From the NCBI GenBank assembly GCA_964502375.1, contig CAZCWN010000002.1, positions 1 through 62,192 of the forward strand: a stretch of DNA of 62,192 bases, given 5' to 3'. Both the position numbers and the translations under genes were made by a program. The notes beneath the pieces are model-generated. The model had not been told where the DNA came from. It did no database searches and saw nothing but the letters and a program-made list of their open reading frames with translations. The stretch is from an uncultured Rhizobium sp. GTDB lineage: Bacteria > Pseudomonadota > Alphaproteobacteria > Rickettsiales > UBA1997. Below, one piece after another: positions 10,545 to 21,400 of the stretch. Within the stretch, counting starts at the first letter, position 1. The number at the start of each line of letters is the position of its first letter.

Positions 10545-10700
10545 AAATTGGATTATATTACTTGGTGTTAGATATTAAAACAAAGGGCTGCGAAAATATT
10601 TTTCAAGAAAATCAAAATCAAGATGCGATTTGGAAGCTTGATTTTGTGCGATTCCTTCTGCAATTTGCGCGGCTTTAAATTTGAACAAAAATATTATTTA

Positions 10701-11711
10701 ATGACTATACATAATACTGATTTAGCCATTATTGGTGCTGGCCCCGCTGGATTGTTCTCTATTTTTGAGGCCGGAATGTTGAAAATGAAGGCCCATGTTA
10801 TTGACACTCTGGAAGTTATTGGTGGCCAATGTTCGGCGCTATATCCAGAAAAGCCAATCTATGATATTCCGGCCCATCCGCAAATTTTAGCTAGTGAATT
10901 AATTGAGTTGTTAGAGGCACAAGCTGCACCCTTTAATCCAACTTATCATCTCAATCAATGTGTAGAAAAAATTTCGCAAGATTCTGCCGGAATTTTTACC
11001 GTTACTACCTCCAAAAATACGCAAATTAAATGTAGGGCAATTATCATTGCTGCTGGTTGTGGAGCTTTTGGCCCTAACCGCCCTCCGCTTGTTGGCATTG
11101 AAGAATTTGAAGGAAAATCAGTGTTTTATGCCGTTAGATCAAAAGCGGAATTTGCGGGAAAAAATGTGGTTATTGCCGGTGGTGGCGATTCTGCTGTGGA
11201 TTGGGCTTTGGGCCTTTCGGAAATTGCTAAAAAAGTTTTTGTGGTCCATCGCCGAGATAAATTCAGATGTGCTCCTGAAAGTGCAGATAAAATGAAAAAA
11301 TTGTCACAAGAGGGCAAAATTGAATTAGTGATTCCATTTCAACTTGATGGCCTTCGCGGCAGCAATGGTCAGCTTTCAGAGGTGTTGGTAAAAGATTTTA
11401 ATGGCACCATAAAAGAATTACCTGCCGATTATTTATTGCCATTTTTTGGGCTAGCTATGGAACTTGGCCCTATTGCCAATTGGGGATTGAACCTGCATAA
11501 ACACCATATTGAGGTTGATCCGGCAACTATGCAAACCTCACAAAAAGGTATTTATGCAATTGGCGATATTGCAACTTATAAGAACAAATTGAAATTGATC
11601 CTAACAGGCTTTGCTGAAGGCGCTGCAGCCTGCCACGATGCTTATAAAATAGTTTATCCTGATCAAGTTTTTCACTTTGAATATTCAACCAGTAAAGGCG
11701 TTACAACCTAG
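10701..11711 (+). CDS. Ferredoxin-NADP(+) reductase, thioredoxin-reductase-like type
   Basis: Tracked ORF starts at 10623. The conserved N-terminus [18 protein letters not shown] begins at ATG 10701. Contains [19 protein letters not shown] and [10 protein letters not shown] (two dinucleotide folds), and has no CxxC redox pair of true TrxB. Confidence 0.85.
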   Translation: MTIHNTDLAIIGAGPAGLFSIFEAGMLKMKAHVIDTLEVIGGQCSALYPEKPIYDIPAHPQILASELIELLEAQAAPFNPTYHLNQCVEKISQDSAGIFTVTTSKNTQIKCRAIIIAAGCGAFGPNRPPLVGIEEFEGKSVFYAVRSKAEFAGKNVVIAGGGDSAVDWALGLSEIAKKVFVVHRRDKFRCAPESADKMKKLSQEGKIELVIPFQLDGLRGSNGQLSEVLVKDFNGTIKELPADYLLPFFGLAMELGPIANWGLNLHKHHIEVDPATMQTSQKGIYAIGDIATYKNKLKLILTGFAEGAAACHDAYKIVYPDQVFHFEYSTSKGVTT

Positions 11712-11739
11712 ACTTTAAGCTAATAATAAGCACCAACTC

Positions 11740-12990
11740 ATGTTCTCGAAGCTCGAATTTTTAATTGCCATGCGCTATCTTAAATCAAAGCGCAAAGAAG
11801 GCTTTATTTCTGTTATCGCGATTTTTTCTTTTGTAGGCATCATGATTGGTGTTGCGACATTAATTGTTGTGATGTCGGTGATGAATGGTTTTCGTTATGA
11901 ATTGGTTAACCGCATTCTAGGTGTAAACGCACATATCAGCATATATAGCCAAGCCTCGCAGATTATTAATTACGAAAAAATTTTGGAGGAGATTAAAAAA
12001 ATTCCTGGCGTGAAATATGCTAATCCATTGGTTGAAAGCCAAGCAATGTTTTCTACGGCAAGTAAGAATTTGGGCGGCATGGTGAAGGGAATTAAGATGG
12101 AAGATTTAAGAAATAAAAAACTAATTTCAGGAAATATTACTGCCGGAACTTTAGATAAAATTGCGGAAAAAAATGCGGTAATAGTTGGTTCAGTGATAGC
12201 GCGGGGTCTGAATTTAAAAATTGGTGATCCATTAAAAGTAATTTCTGCGGAAATCAGTGAAACCATAATTGGCAGCATTCCACGCATTAAAACTTATCAA
12301 GTGGTTGGGGTGTTTGATAGCGGCATGTATGAATATGATTCGACAACAATTTTTATGAATTTTGATATGGCGCAAACCCATTTTCGCTTTACAGATGCTG
12401 CCTCGGCGATTGAAATTTTTGTTGAAGATGCCACTAAAATTGATGAAATAAAATCACATCTTTACGACATTTTACTCAATTACCCAGAGCTTTATATATC
12501 GGACTGGCAGCAAGCAAATGCTGGCTTCATCGACGCTTTGAAAGTTGAAAGCACTGTAATGTTTTTAATCTTAACTCTGATAATTTTAGTAGCCGCTTTC
12601 AACATTATTTCGAGCATGATTATGTTGGTTAATGACAAAAACAAAAATATTGCGCTGCTACGGACTCTTGGCATGAGCAAGGGCGCGGTGATGAGAATCT
12701 TTTTAATTTGTGGTTCTTCAATTGGTATAGTAGGAACTTTTTTAGGCTTTGTAATTGGTGTAATTTTTTCGCTTAACATTAACAGAATTAAACTGTGGTT
12801 GGAATCAGTTTCTGACGCCACTTTGTTCAATCCGGCGATTTATTTTTTATCAAATTTGCCATCAAAGCTTTTTGTTTCCGATGTGGTTCTAATTGTAGGA
12901 ATGGCGCTGGTTTTATCTTTTTTAGCAACAATTTATCCCGCTTATAAAGCTAGTAAAGCCAACCCTGCAGAGATATTGCGCTATGAATAG
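11740..12990 (+). CDS. lolC: Lipoprotein-releasing system transmembrane subunit LolC/LolE
   Basis: 416 aa. N-terminal LIAMRYLKSKRKEGFIS signature, a periplasmic MacB-like domain, and a C-terminal FtsX-type 3-TM bundle. Confidence 0.88.
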   Translation: MFSKLEFLIAMRYLKSKRKEGFISVIAIFSFVGIMIGVATLIVVMSVMNGFRYELVNRILGVNAHISIYSQASQIINYEKILEEIKKIPGVKYANPLVESQAMFSTASKNLGGMVKGIKMEDLRNKKLISGNITAGTLDKIAEKNAVIVGSVIARGLNLKIGDPLKVISAEISETIIGSIPRIKTYQVVGVFDSGMYEYDSTTIFMNFDMAQTHFRFTDAASAIEIFVEDATKIDEIKSHLYDILLNYPELYISDWQQANAGFIDALKVESTVMFLILTLIILVAAFNIISSMIMLVNDKNKNIALLRTLGMSKGAVMRIFLICGSSIGIVGTFLGFVIGVIFSLNINRIKLWLESVSDATLFNPAIYFLSNLPSKLFVSDVVLIVGMALVLSFLATIYPAYKASKANPAEILRYE

Positions 12991-12999
12991 CTCTTTATT

Positions 13000-13461
13000 C
13001 TAAAGCTCACTGACATACCATTCTGAAGCTATAGTTAAGCCCAATTTTTTTAAGAATGTTTTTTTAGGATCATCAGGGGCACCGCAAACAATTAAAATTT
13101 GGGCGGCTCTTTTTTCTTTTGCTTGCTTTTTTGCTTCAATAACAAGGGCTCTGCCAATGGTTTCCCATTCAGATTCTTCTTTTATACAAAAATCATCAAT
13201 TATCAGAGTTAAGCCAGCATCATAAACCTCAGGAGGGGTGATGATTTTGCCAATCAAAAAACTTTTTTTATCAGCAGAGGCCAAAGCAATTACTTCTTCG
13301 TTTTTCAGCAATTCTGCAAACCATTTTGCCTGGATCTCATCAGAATTTTTTGACATTTTCCAAAATTGTTTTTGATGCTTTTCATAATTGGCTCTTTTGT
13401 TGTGGCTGAGGGCGACCATCCAGGGAATATCTGCGTTTGTGCATTGTCTGATAGTTAACAT
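13000..13461 (-). CDS. GNAT-family N-acetyltransferase (putative)
   Basis: 153 aa. Size and the segment IGRALVIEAKKQAKEKRAAQILIVCG..KKTFLKKLGL resemble the GNAT acetyl-CoA-binding core. By-eye call only. Confidence 0.5.
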   Translation of the reverse strand: MLTIRQCTNADIPWMVALSHNKRANYEKHQKQFWKMSKNSDEIQAKWFAELLKNEEVIALASADKKSFLIGKIITPPEVYDAGLTLIIDDFCIKEESEWETIGRALVIEAKKQAKEKRAAQILIVCGAPDDPKKTFLKKLGLTIASEWYVSEL

Positions 13462-13713
13462 GGCTTAGATTTTTATTTTTATGCAACCAGCGAAATGAGT
13501 GGTCTTTTGTGACTAAAGGCTAAAATCAGTGTCGGTAAGGTTAGTGATGTTTTACAGAAATAAGATTGGCAGGCCTTACATAGGCAACGGTTTATCAAAA
13601 TTCTCTAAGTTAAAAATTTTTAACTAGGAATTGTTAGCAAATGTAAAACCATCAAAAAATATTGTGGCTGCTGAGGTAAAAACAAAATTTAAAACCAGAA
13701 GATAGTTTATTAA

Positions 13714-14682
13714 TTAAAGCGTCAAAACTAACGAGCCAGTAGTAGATCGGCTTTCCAATGCCTTATGTGCCTTCACCACATCTTTGAAGGCATAAGTGGT
13801 GATTTTTGGTTGAACAATTCCTTTTTCAACTGCAGCAAAAACTTCATTGGCAGATAAAGTTAACTCAATGCGATTGGCCTTGTATAGCGCCATTGTTGGG
13901 CGCGTTAAGTAAAGCGAATTGGCGACTAAATAATTCAAATCAAGTTTTTCTGTGCTGCCGGAGGCTTCGCCAAAATTTACACACATTCCCATCGGCCATA
14001 AGCATTCCAGTGATTTTTCCAATGTATCTTTGCCCACTCCATCATAAACCAGCCCCACCCCTTCATTATTGGTGACTTTGGCTACTTCTTCAACCAGATT
14101 AAGGTTTTTGTAATTAATGACATGATCGCAGCCCATAGACTTAGCGATTGGAATTTTATCATTAGAGCCAACTGTGCCAATAACCTCTAGGCCCAGATAT
14201 TTAGCCCATTGGCAAGTTATGTGGCCCACCCCACCAGCAGCGGCATGGATCAAAATTCTTTTAGCTCTCGTGGAAATAAAAACGCGATGTAACAAAGCAT
14301 GGGCCATCAAGCCTTTATATAATATGCCGGCCACTTGTGTATCAGTTAAAGTTTTTGGCGGGATAACTAAATGATGCTGATTTACCGCTTTTTTTTCGGC
14401 GTAAGAACCAATGCCGCCAGTAGCGTAAGCAACTCTTTCTCCAACTTTAAAATCAGTAATAGCGGAACCAACTGATTCAATAATACCACAGGCTTCCATG
14501 CCAAGTATAGCAGGCATTTGCATGATTTTGTATTGGCCGCGTCTGAAGCAAATATCAAAAAAGTTTACGCCAATTGCTGTATGCCTTACAACCACTTCAT
14601 CTTTTTTGGGGGTTGGGTCATCAACTTTTCCGATTTTCAAATTTGATGCGTCGCCAACTTTATTTAGAATAATAGCTTGCAT
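13714..14682 (-). CDS. qor: NADPH:quinone oxidoreductase (zeta-crystallin / MDR family)
   Basis: Tracked ORF extends to 14718. The typical MDR N-terminus MQAIILNKVG starts at 14682. Contains the HAAAGGVG nucleotide-binding motif, and the C-terminal ESRSTTGSLVL is typical of Qor. Confidence 0.85.
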   Translation of the reverse strand: MQAIILNKVGDASNLKIGKVDDPTPKKDEVVVRHTAIGVNFFDICFRRGQYKIMQMPAILGMEACGIIESVGSAITDFKVGERVAYATGGIGSYAEKKAVNQHHLVIPPKTLTDTQVAGILYKGLMAHALLHRVFISTRAKRILIHAAAGGVGHITCQWAKYLGLEVIGTVGSNDKIPIAKSMGCDHVINYKNLNLVEEVAKVTNNEGVGLVYDGVGKDTLEKSLECLWPMGMCVNFGEASGSTEKLDLNYLVANSLYLTRPTMALYKANRIELTLSANEVFAAVEKGIVQPKITTYAFKDVVKAHKALESRSTTGSLVLTL

Positions 14683-14970
14683 TTTGTTTAAGTGTTTTGG
14701 AGTTTTATGCAAATTCAAAGCTTATCTTCACATTTATTCGCCATCTTTTCATAAACCATGTTTAGGAATGCCGAGCCTTCCAGAGCATGGCTGCATGATT
14801 TTTTTGCGCGTCCTACGATAACTTCAAATGAGATCTACTTTAAAAATCCTATGGCCTTTTTCTAAGGCTGTGAGGCTTTTAAAAGTTATTAAAATTTCTA
14901 AAGAACCGATGAGGAGTAAGTGTGAAGATAGATGTTAGTTTGCCTGCCAAACTTCACAAATCTATCTCAA

Positions 14971-15810
14971 ATGCAACATCAAAATTTATTTGTTTTTGAC
15001 ATTGAAACGGTTCCCGATCTGCGCGCGGCTAAAAATTTACTGGATTTGCCAGAGGCCACAAATGAAGAGTTGCGGAAGGGCTTAGTTAAATATCATCTTG
15101 ATCTCACTGATCAAAGAAATTCTTTTCTGCGCCAACCTTTTCACCAAGTTATTGCTATTAGTTTTTTACAGGCAGAAGTTACGCGCGATAATAATGGGCA
15201 AGAATCTTATCGAATTGTGGATGTTCGCTCGGGTGGCGATTTATCCGCTTCCGAGGCTGATTTAATTAGAGGTTTTTTTTCGCATCTTAAAAAAAATCCT
15301 TCACGTTTGATTAGTTTTAACGGCAAAAATTTTGACTTGCCGGTTTTAAAATATGCGGCGATGAAACATGAAGTTGAAGCGGCGTGGCTTCATAAATCTG
15401 GCGATAAATGGAATAACTATAATCAACGTTATTGCCTTGATTGGCATTGTGATTTAGCCGAAGCATTTTCCGATTTTGGCTCTTCGGCAAAAGTGAAAAT
15501 GAATGAGCTTTGTGCCGCCTTTAATCTTCCAGGAAAAATTGGAGTTGATGGTTCAATGGTTATGGATTTTTTTGATCAAGGGCGCTTGCAAGAAATTAGG
15601 GATTATTGCGAAACGGATGTTTTAAACACTTATTTGCTTTATCTGATTTATCAGCATCACAATGGCTCAATCTCGCGCAATTCTTTTTCCAATTGTAAAA
15701 AAAATTTAGTCGATTTTTTGAAGGACAATTTTGAGAAAAAACCCCACTTCGCCAATTTTTTATCTGAATGGGAAAAGTGCCAGGAAAGAAGTGGCAAGGC
15801 TTGTTCGTAA
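14971..15810 (+). CDS. Stand-alone 3'-5' exonuclease related to the PolB exonuclease domain (RNase H-like fold)
   Basis: Exo I FVFDIETVPD, Exo II SFNGKNFDLPVL, Exo III YCETDVLNTYLLYL. Probable start is the internal ATG at 14971. Confidence 0.75.
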   Translation: MQHQNLFVFDIETVPDLRAAKNLLDLPEATNEELRKGLVKYHLDLTDQRNSFLRQPFHQVIAISFLQAEVTRDNNGQESYRIVDVRSGGDLSASEADLIRGFFSHLKKNPSRLISFNGKNFDLPVLKYAAMKHEVEAAWLHKSGDKWNNYNQRYCLDWHCDLAEAFSDFGSSAKVKMNELCAAFNLPGKIGVDGSMVMDFFDQGRLQEIRDYCETDVLNTYLLYLIYQHHNGSISRNSFSNCKKNLVDFLKDNFEKKPHFANFLSEWEKCQERSGKACS

Positions 15811-15816
15811 GCCTTT

Positions 15817-16734
15817 TTATGATTTCATTGCCCACAATAAAATTGCCTTTTGGGCATGAAGACGATTTTCTGCTTCATCAAAAACAACGGATTTTTTTGA
15901 ATCAATCACCTCGGCACTAACTTCAAAGCCGCGATAGGCGGGCAGGCAGTGCGTAAAAATTGCGGTTTTTTTAGCTAGTCCCATTAACTCAGAATTTACT
16001 TGATAAGGCATGAGGCTCTTAAGTTTTTGTTCTTTCAATTTGCCATCTTTTTCAGCCGCATCTCCCATCGAGAACCAGGTATCAGAAATCAATACATCTG
16101 CCTTCACAGCAGCTTTTTTTGCTTCAGAAAAATAAGAGACTTTAGCACCAGATTTAATGGCTTTTTCGATTTCATCAGCGCAAAAATTTAACTTTTTTGG
16201 TGTGGCAATTGCTAGTTCATAATCAAAGGCCTTGGCCGCGTGGATGTAAGAGTTAAGCACATTATTTTGATCACCAAACCAGGCTAATTTTTTACCGGCA
16301 ATTTTTCCTAAATGTTCTTCGATAGTCAAAATACTGGCTATAATTTGACAAGGATGAGAAAAATCAGAAAGAGCATTGATCACGGGCACAGAAGAATTTT
16401 TCGCCAAATCAAGAATTGTTTGATGCAAATTGCAGCGAATCATAATTCCATCAACAAAACGCGATAAAACGCGAGCGGTATCCTCTGCGGTTTCGCCTTT
16501 GCCCATCTGCATGTCATTTTTATTCATAACAATTGCATGGCCGCCAAGCTGGTTGATTCCTACTTCAAATGACACGCGGGTGCGAGTGGAAGTTTTTTCA
16601 AAAATCATGGCCAAATTTTTTCCGAACAGTTTTTTATTTTGGCCTTTTTCTTTTTTTAATTTTTTGGCGAGCGACAAAATTGCCCGTAGTTCTTTTGTGG
16701 GAATTTTGTCTAAATCGATAAAATGTTTGACCAT
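15817..16734 (-). CDS. argF: Ornithine carbamoyltransferase
   Basis: 305 aa. FEKTSTRTRVSFE, SDFSHPCQ, and HCLPA (ornithine-type motif). Confidence 0.93.
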   Translation of the reverse strand: MVKHFIDLDKIPTKELRAILSLAKKLKKEKGQNKKLFGKNLAMIFEKTSTRTRVSFEVGINQLGGHAIVMNKNDMQMGKGETAEDTARVLSRFVDGIMIRCNLHQTILDLAKNSSVPVINALSDFSHPCQIIASILTIEEHLGKIAGKKLAWFGDQNNVLNSYIHAAKAFDYELAIATPKKLNFCADEIEKAIKSGAKVSYFSEAKKAAVKADVLISDTWFSMGDAAEKDGKLKEQKLKSLMPYQVNSELMGLAKKTAIFTHCLPAYRGFEVSAEVIDSKKSVVFDEAENRLHAQKAILLWAMKS

Positions 16735-16825
16735 TTTATTAGTTTTAAAATTGCAAAATTAAGAAGGCGCGCGAACCTAGGCGCCAAACCACAGTTGTCA
16801 AGATTTGCAAACAGATTTTAAAACA

Positions 16826-17986
16826 ATGAAAAAAATTTTTATCGCTGCTGGGGGAACTGGTGGGCACATAATACCAGCACGGTGTTTGGCGCTTTATCTC
16901 GCCTCACAGAACCAACAAGTAACGTTTTTTGGCGATGAAAAAATTGCCAGTTACGTCAAAAAAAATGATGGCTTCCAAAGTATCATCATAAGTTCTTCCA
17001 AGCTTGTAAAGAAGCCGCTTCCCTTAATTAAAGCCTCTTACCAAATTGCAATTGGTATTTTGCAATCGCTGAAGTTTTTAGTGCGAATTAAGCCGGATTA
17101 TCTTGTTGCTTTTGGGGGCTACGCAACCTTTCCTATATTGGCCGCAGCCGTTATCACTAAAACCAAAATAATTCTGCACGAACAAAATTCTCATTTAGGA
17201 AAAGTTAATAGAATCTTTGCTAAATATGCAGAAAAAATTGCTTTGTCATTTGCTGAGACGTCCGGAATTCCTAAGGAGCACATCACTAAAACAGTTTTTG
17301 TTGGCAACCCAATTCGGGAAGAAATTATTGAGCTAAATAAAATTCCTTACAGCCTGCCAAACTATGAAGAGCAAGAGCCTAAACCAGATAATAAAATGGG
17401 ATATAATGTGCTTTTAGCTTCAGATTTTTACCAAAAGCCAGAACCAAAAAAACAGAATTTTTTTAAAATATTAGTAATCGGCGGATCAGGTGGGGCAAGG
17501 ATTTTTAGCGAAATTTTGCCGAGAGCTTTTTTTAATTTAAGTGAAAATATTAAAGACCATATTCACATCACGCAGCAATGTCGTAAAGAGCTGGTCAATG
17601 AAACTTTTGCGCAATATAAAAGTTTTAACCTTAACATCACTATTGATTCATTTTTTGAAAATATGGCAGAGCTAATAAAGGATTCACATCTTGTTATTGC
17701 TCGCTCTGGCGCGTCTTCGATTTTTGAATTTTGTGCAGCAAAAAGGCCGATGATTTTAATTCCTTTCGCTGCTGCGGCTGATGATCATCAAGAAAAAAAT
17801 GCTCGCTATCTTGAAAAACATGGTGCCGCCTTGGTTATTAGCGAAAAAGAATTCACTCTAAATAAAATTAACGAAGTGTTGAAAAATCTGATTGATAGTG
17901 AAGCAACCCTAAAGAAAATGTCGCAAAATGCCGCTGATTTAGCGGTTCTTGACGCAACACAAAACCTGGCTCAATTGCTGCAATGA
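16826..17986 (+). CDS. murG: UDP-N-acetylglucosamine-N-acetylmuramyl-(pentapeptide) pyrophosphoryl-undecaprenol GlcNAc transferase
   Basis: MKKIFIAAGGTGGHIIPA G-loop, VIGGSGGARIF, and DDHQEKNARYL. ATG at 16826 is preferred to the TTG at 16805. Confidence 0.92.
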   Translation: MKKIFIAAGGTGGHIIPARCLALYLASQNQQVTFFGDEKIASYVKKNDGFQSIIISSSKLVKKPLPLIKASYQIAIGILQSLKFLVRIKPDYLVAFGGYATFPILAAAVITKTKIILHEQNSHLGKVNRIFAKYAEKIALSFAETSGIPKEHITKTVFVGNPIREEIIELNKIPYSLPNYEEQEPKPDNKMGYNVLLASDFYQKPEPKKQNFFKILVIGGSGGARIFSEILPRAFFNLSENIKDHIHITQQCRKELVNETFAQYKSFNLNITIDSFFENMAELIKDSHLVIARSGASSIFEFCAAKRPMILIPFAAAADDHQEKNARYLEKHGAALVISEKEFTLNKINEVLKNLIDSEATLKKMSQNAADLAVLDATQNLAQLLQ

Positions 17987-18474
17987 GTGAAGAAAAAGTT
18001 AACAATACAGAAAATCCTTTAGACATTTCGCCTGAACTTTTTTTAGGCGAAATGCTTAAAAAACGTCGAGAGCAATTGAATATGGAAGTAGGGGCAGTGA
18101 GCTCTTATTTACGACTAAAAAACCGTGATGTTGAAGCAATTGAAAATGGTGATTTTGCTAGTGTTACTAAGCATCTATATATACCAGGCCTAATTCGCTC
18201 TTATGCCAAATTTTTAAAAGTTAATAGCAGTGTTGTTGAAGAAAAAATTAAACTTTTGCCGCTGAAATCAAATGTTGAAAACAAAAAGTATCAATTGATT
18301 AACCTGAGTGGGGAAAATAATTTAAGCCCAAATAAAGACAGTTTTTTTAATTTTTTGCTGATATCGATTTTATTATTTCTGATTTTATTGTCGCTTTATA
18401 ATTCATATGAAAGCAGAGGCGACCTGATTACAAATCAGGACTTGGTGGAAGAATTGAAGCGCGTGGACCTTTAA
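17983..18474 (+). CDS. Helix-turn-helix membrane protein, RodZ-like N-terminal module
   Basis: 163 aa. HTH (LGEMLKKRREQLNMEVGAVSSYLRLKNRDVEAIENGDF), IRSYAKFLKV, then one TM helix (FFNFLLISILLFLILLSLY). Lacks the long periplasmic RodZ C-domain. Confidence 0.6.
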   Translation: MSEEKVNNTENPLDISPELFLGEMLKKRREQLNMEVGAVSSYLRLKNRDVEAIENGDFASVTKHLYIPGLIRSYAKFLKVNSSVVEEKIKLLPLKSNVENKKYQLINLSGENNLSPNKDSFFNFLLISILLFLILLSLYNSYESRGDLITNQDLVEELKRVDL

Positions 18475-21400
18475 TGTCAGAAATTATCGAGAATTTTCCT
18501 ATACTAAAAATTTTTCAATCTAAAATTACGCGGGCTGTTGTTGCTGTTCTTTTTATAATTATTTCACTGCTTTTTCTGCTGCCTTTTTTCTTTAGCGACT
18601 CTTCTTTAAAATTTAATATTGCTCAAAAAATAAGCCAGATTTCCGGCGCAAATTGCGTTATAAAAGGAGACGTTTCGATAGCGATACTGCCGGTTCCCTC
18701 TATTATCGTAAAAGATGTTTTTTTGCAGAATTATCGCCAAAAAATCTATCACGATTCTGGCGTAACTTTCTCGGATAAAGTTTACAATATTTATGTAAAT
18801 TCGATGCAAATTGAGCTGCCGATTTTTAAATCTAGTAGCGGTCCTTCGATCGAAAAAGTAATTTTAACCGATGCTGCAGTAGAAAGTTATTATTCAACCA
18901 GCTTGCCAATCACGCGTCAAAATAAATTTAACAATGCTGCCGAACGTTTGAAAGACAGGCCTGAAACCAATTCAAACAAAATTGATTCTAAATTTATTTC
19001 AAAGCTATTTTCAATTTCTGCTTTAAGTGCTGTTGATTTTACATTTGCAAATTTTCCTGATCTTGAAGTCGAAAATGGTGAAGCAGCTTTTTATGATAAT
19101 TTAGCGCGCAAAAAAGAAATCAAAGCGATCAATGCAGAGTTAGAAATTACCCAGAAAAAAATTCATTCTACTGGGAGTTTTAGCAGCGAAAACATTAATA
19201 ATTCCTTTCGTTTTCTGGCCAAGTTTAACTCTAAATCAAAAAAGCCAGATTCACTTTTCGAAGTAAATTCTCCAATTCTAAATTTACGAATTTCCGGAAA
19301 TTTTCCGGCAGAAAATAATGGAATTCTAACTAGTGACTTTAATGGGAAAATTGAAGCTGATATAATGGATCTAAAATCATTTTATAAGAGTTATATCAGC
19401 AATAGCAGCTTTTTTTCTGAAAAGCTGAAATACAACAACAAGCCAATAAAAATAAGTGCTGATATAATCAATAAAACGAAGGATTTATTAGTTCAAAATA
19501 TTGTCATTAATTCAAATTTAATTAACGGCAAAGGTGAGATTGGGCTAAGTTTTGTTAATAATAGACCAATTATAGATGTTGATTTAGACCTTGATGACCT
19601 TGATTTTGACAGTATGTGGTCACATGAAGCAGTAATGCTGGCAGATGATTCTGATAAACGAAATTTAGCAGCAAATTACGTTGATGAAACATCGGAAATT
19701 TTTTCTTCAGATGCGGAAAAAAAGGCACACAATAATCCCATTATATTAGGGCAGATAAAGGAAGAAAAAAGTCGTCTCTTACCTCCTCAAAATCAAATTG
19801 AGGGCCTACAAAAAAGAAGCTCAGATAATTTTGACCTAACAAAAAAAATAAAAGATTTTGACCTTGGTGCAGAAATAAGGATCAGCACCGTTAAATATCT
19901 TAATGGCGAGCTCAGAGAACTTAATACTTATCTAACCATCTCCAGAAATGGTGAAATTCTCATCTTTCCGATGATTTTTAAAATACCGGGAGAAGGGCTA
20001 TTTAGGGTTAATGGTGTTTTCGATAATAGCACTTTGTTGCCAAAGTTTATTGGTAAGTTAGATGCAACTGGAAAAAGTCTGAAAGAGGTTTTCAAGTGGT
20101 TAAAAATTGAATTACAAAATTTGAAATTTGACAGCTTGAAGGACTACAGTATTTACTCTGACATAATGCTTTTACCAAATAGTCTTGTTCTAAATAATTC
20201 TTATCTCAATTTAAATGGTGGCCAAAGTGAATTTTTAGGCGAGTTAAAACTTGATGAAAGTGATAAAACTCCTAGGCTTACAAGTCGTTTTCAGGCCAAT
20301 ATTTTTAATATAGATGATTATTTTCTCATCTCTCAACAAAACACTTACCTTGCACCTGGGTTATTGCTGAAAAAATTATTATGGCTAAATGAAATTTCTT
20401 CTAACAATGATTTAGATTTTCGCTTCGAAAAGCTGATTTATAAAGGTGAAGAATTTTCTGACCAAAAAGTAAAATTAAGGTTTGGGCGCGGCTATCTGGA
20501 AATTGCTGACTTAAATCTAAAATCGGACGAAACCAATCTTAAAGCTAATCTGGCTCTTGATATCAGCGATAGAAATCCAAAATTTGAACTTGATATTTCC
20601 GCAGATAATTTCCACTACAAAACCCCTCAAAGAACGTCTGCGCCCCAACAAAGGGGAGGCTTAGAGGCTCCTTCACCAATTAAAAAATACAATTTCTTCG
20701 ATCAATTTTTTGCTCTACCTTCATTTGAGGGTTTCGCTGGAAAAATGAATTTTAATTTTGTTAATTTGGAATTGGATAATCTAAAAACGCGCAACTTTAG
20801 CTTATCCGGAAATTTAAAGAATGGGACTTTGGAAAATTCCAAACTGGTTTGTGATTTATACGGTGGAAGGCTTTCCTACAAAGGCTTAATCAGTTTAAAG
20901 ATTAATAAAATAATTAACGGCAATCTCACTTTTACCAATGTTCTTTTGCAGCCAGCTTTTTCAAATACTATGGGGATAAAAAATATTGACGGTGTTGCAA
21001 ATATTTCCGCCAGCATCACTGCTTCGGCCAGTAAAAAAGAGGAATTTATTTCCAATTTAAATAGTGAAATAAAATTTAATACCAACTCACCAAGCATTTA
21101 TGGCTACGGCCTTAGCGATTTGGTAAGAAAAATGTTTGACCCACAAAATAATTACCAGGAGCTCCACCGACCAGAAAATATTTTAATTAACTCGCAAAGC
21201 AAAACCGTGTTTAAACAAGCTGAAGGGAGCTTGCAAATTAGAGATGGTAAGGAAGGAAGATTGCGCATGAATGTCACGGCGCCGGGTATTAGTGGAATTT
21301 TGTCAGGCACAGTTTCTGTGCAAAACAAAACTGCCGATCTTTTATTCAACGTTATTTTCATAACCGGAACACGTCAGAAACAAGTTCCTATAAATATTGC

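Noticed and set aside
10623-10700. Upstream extensions of tracked ORFs (10623 for the FNR-like gene, 22492 for typA, 42822 for queA, 61725 for the PilB-like gene, 14932 for the exonuclease, 14718 for qor, 16805 for murG).
   Set aside because: In each case the conserved family N-terminus begins at an internal ATG, and the extra residues look non-homologous. I therefore used the internal starts. The true start remains uncertain by a few codons.
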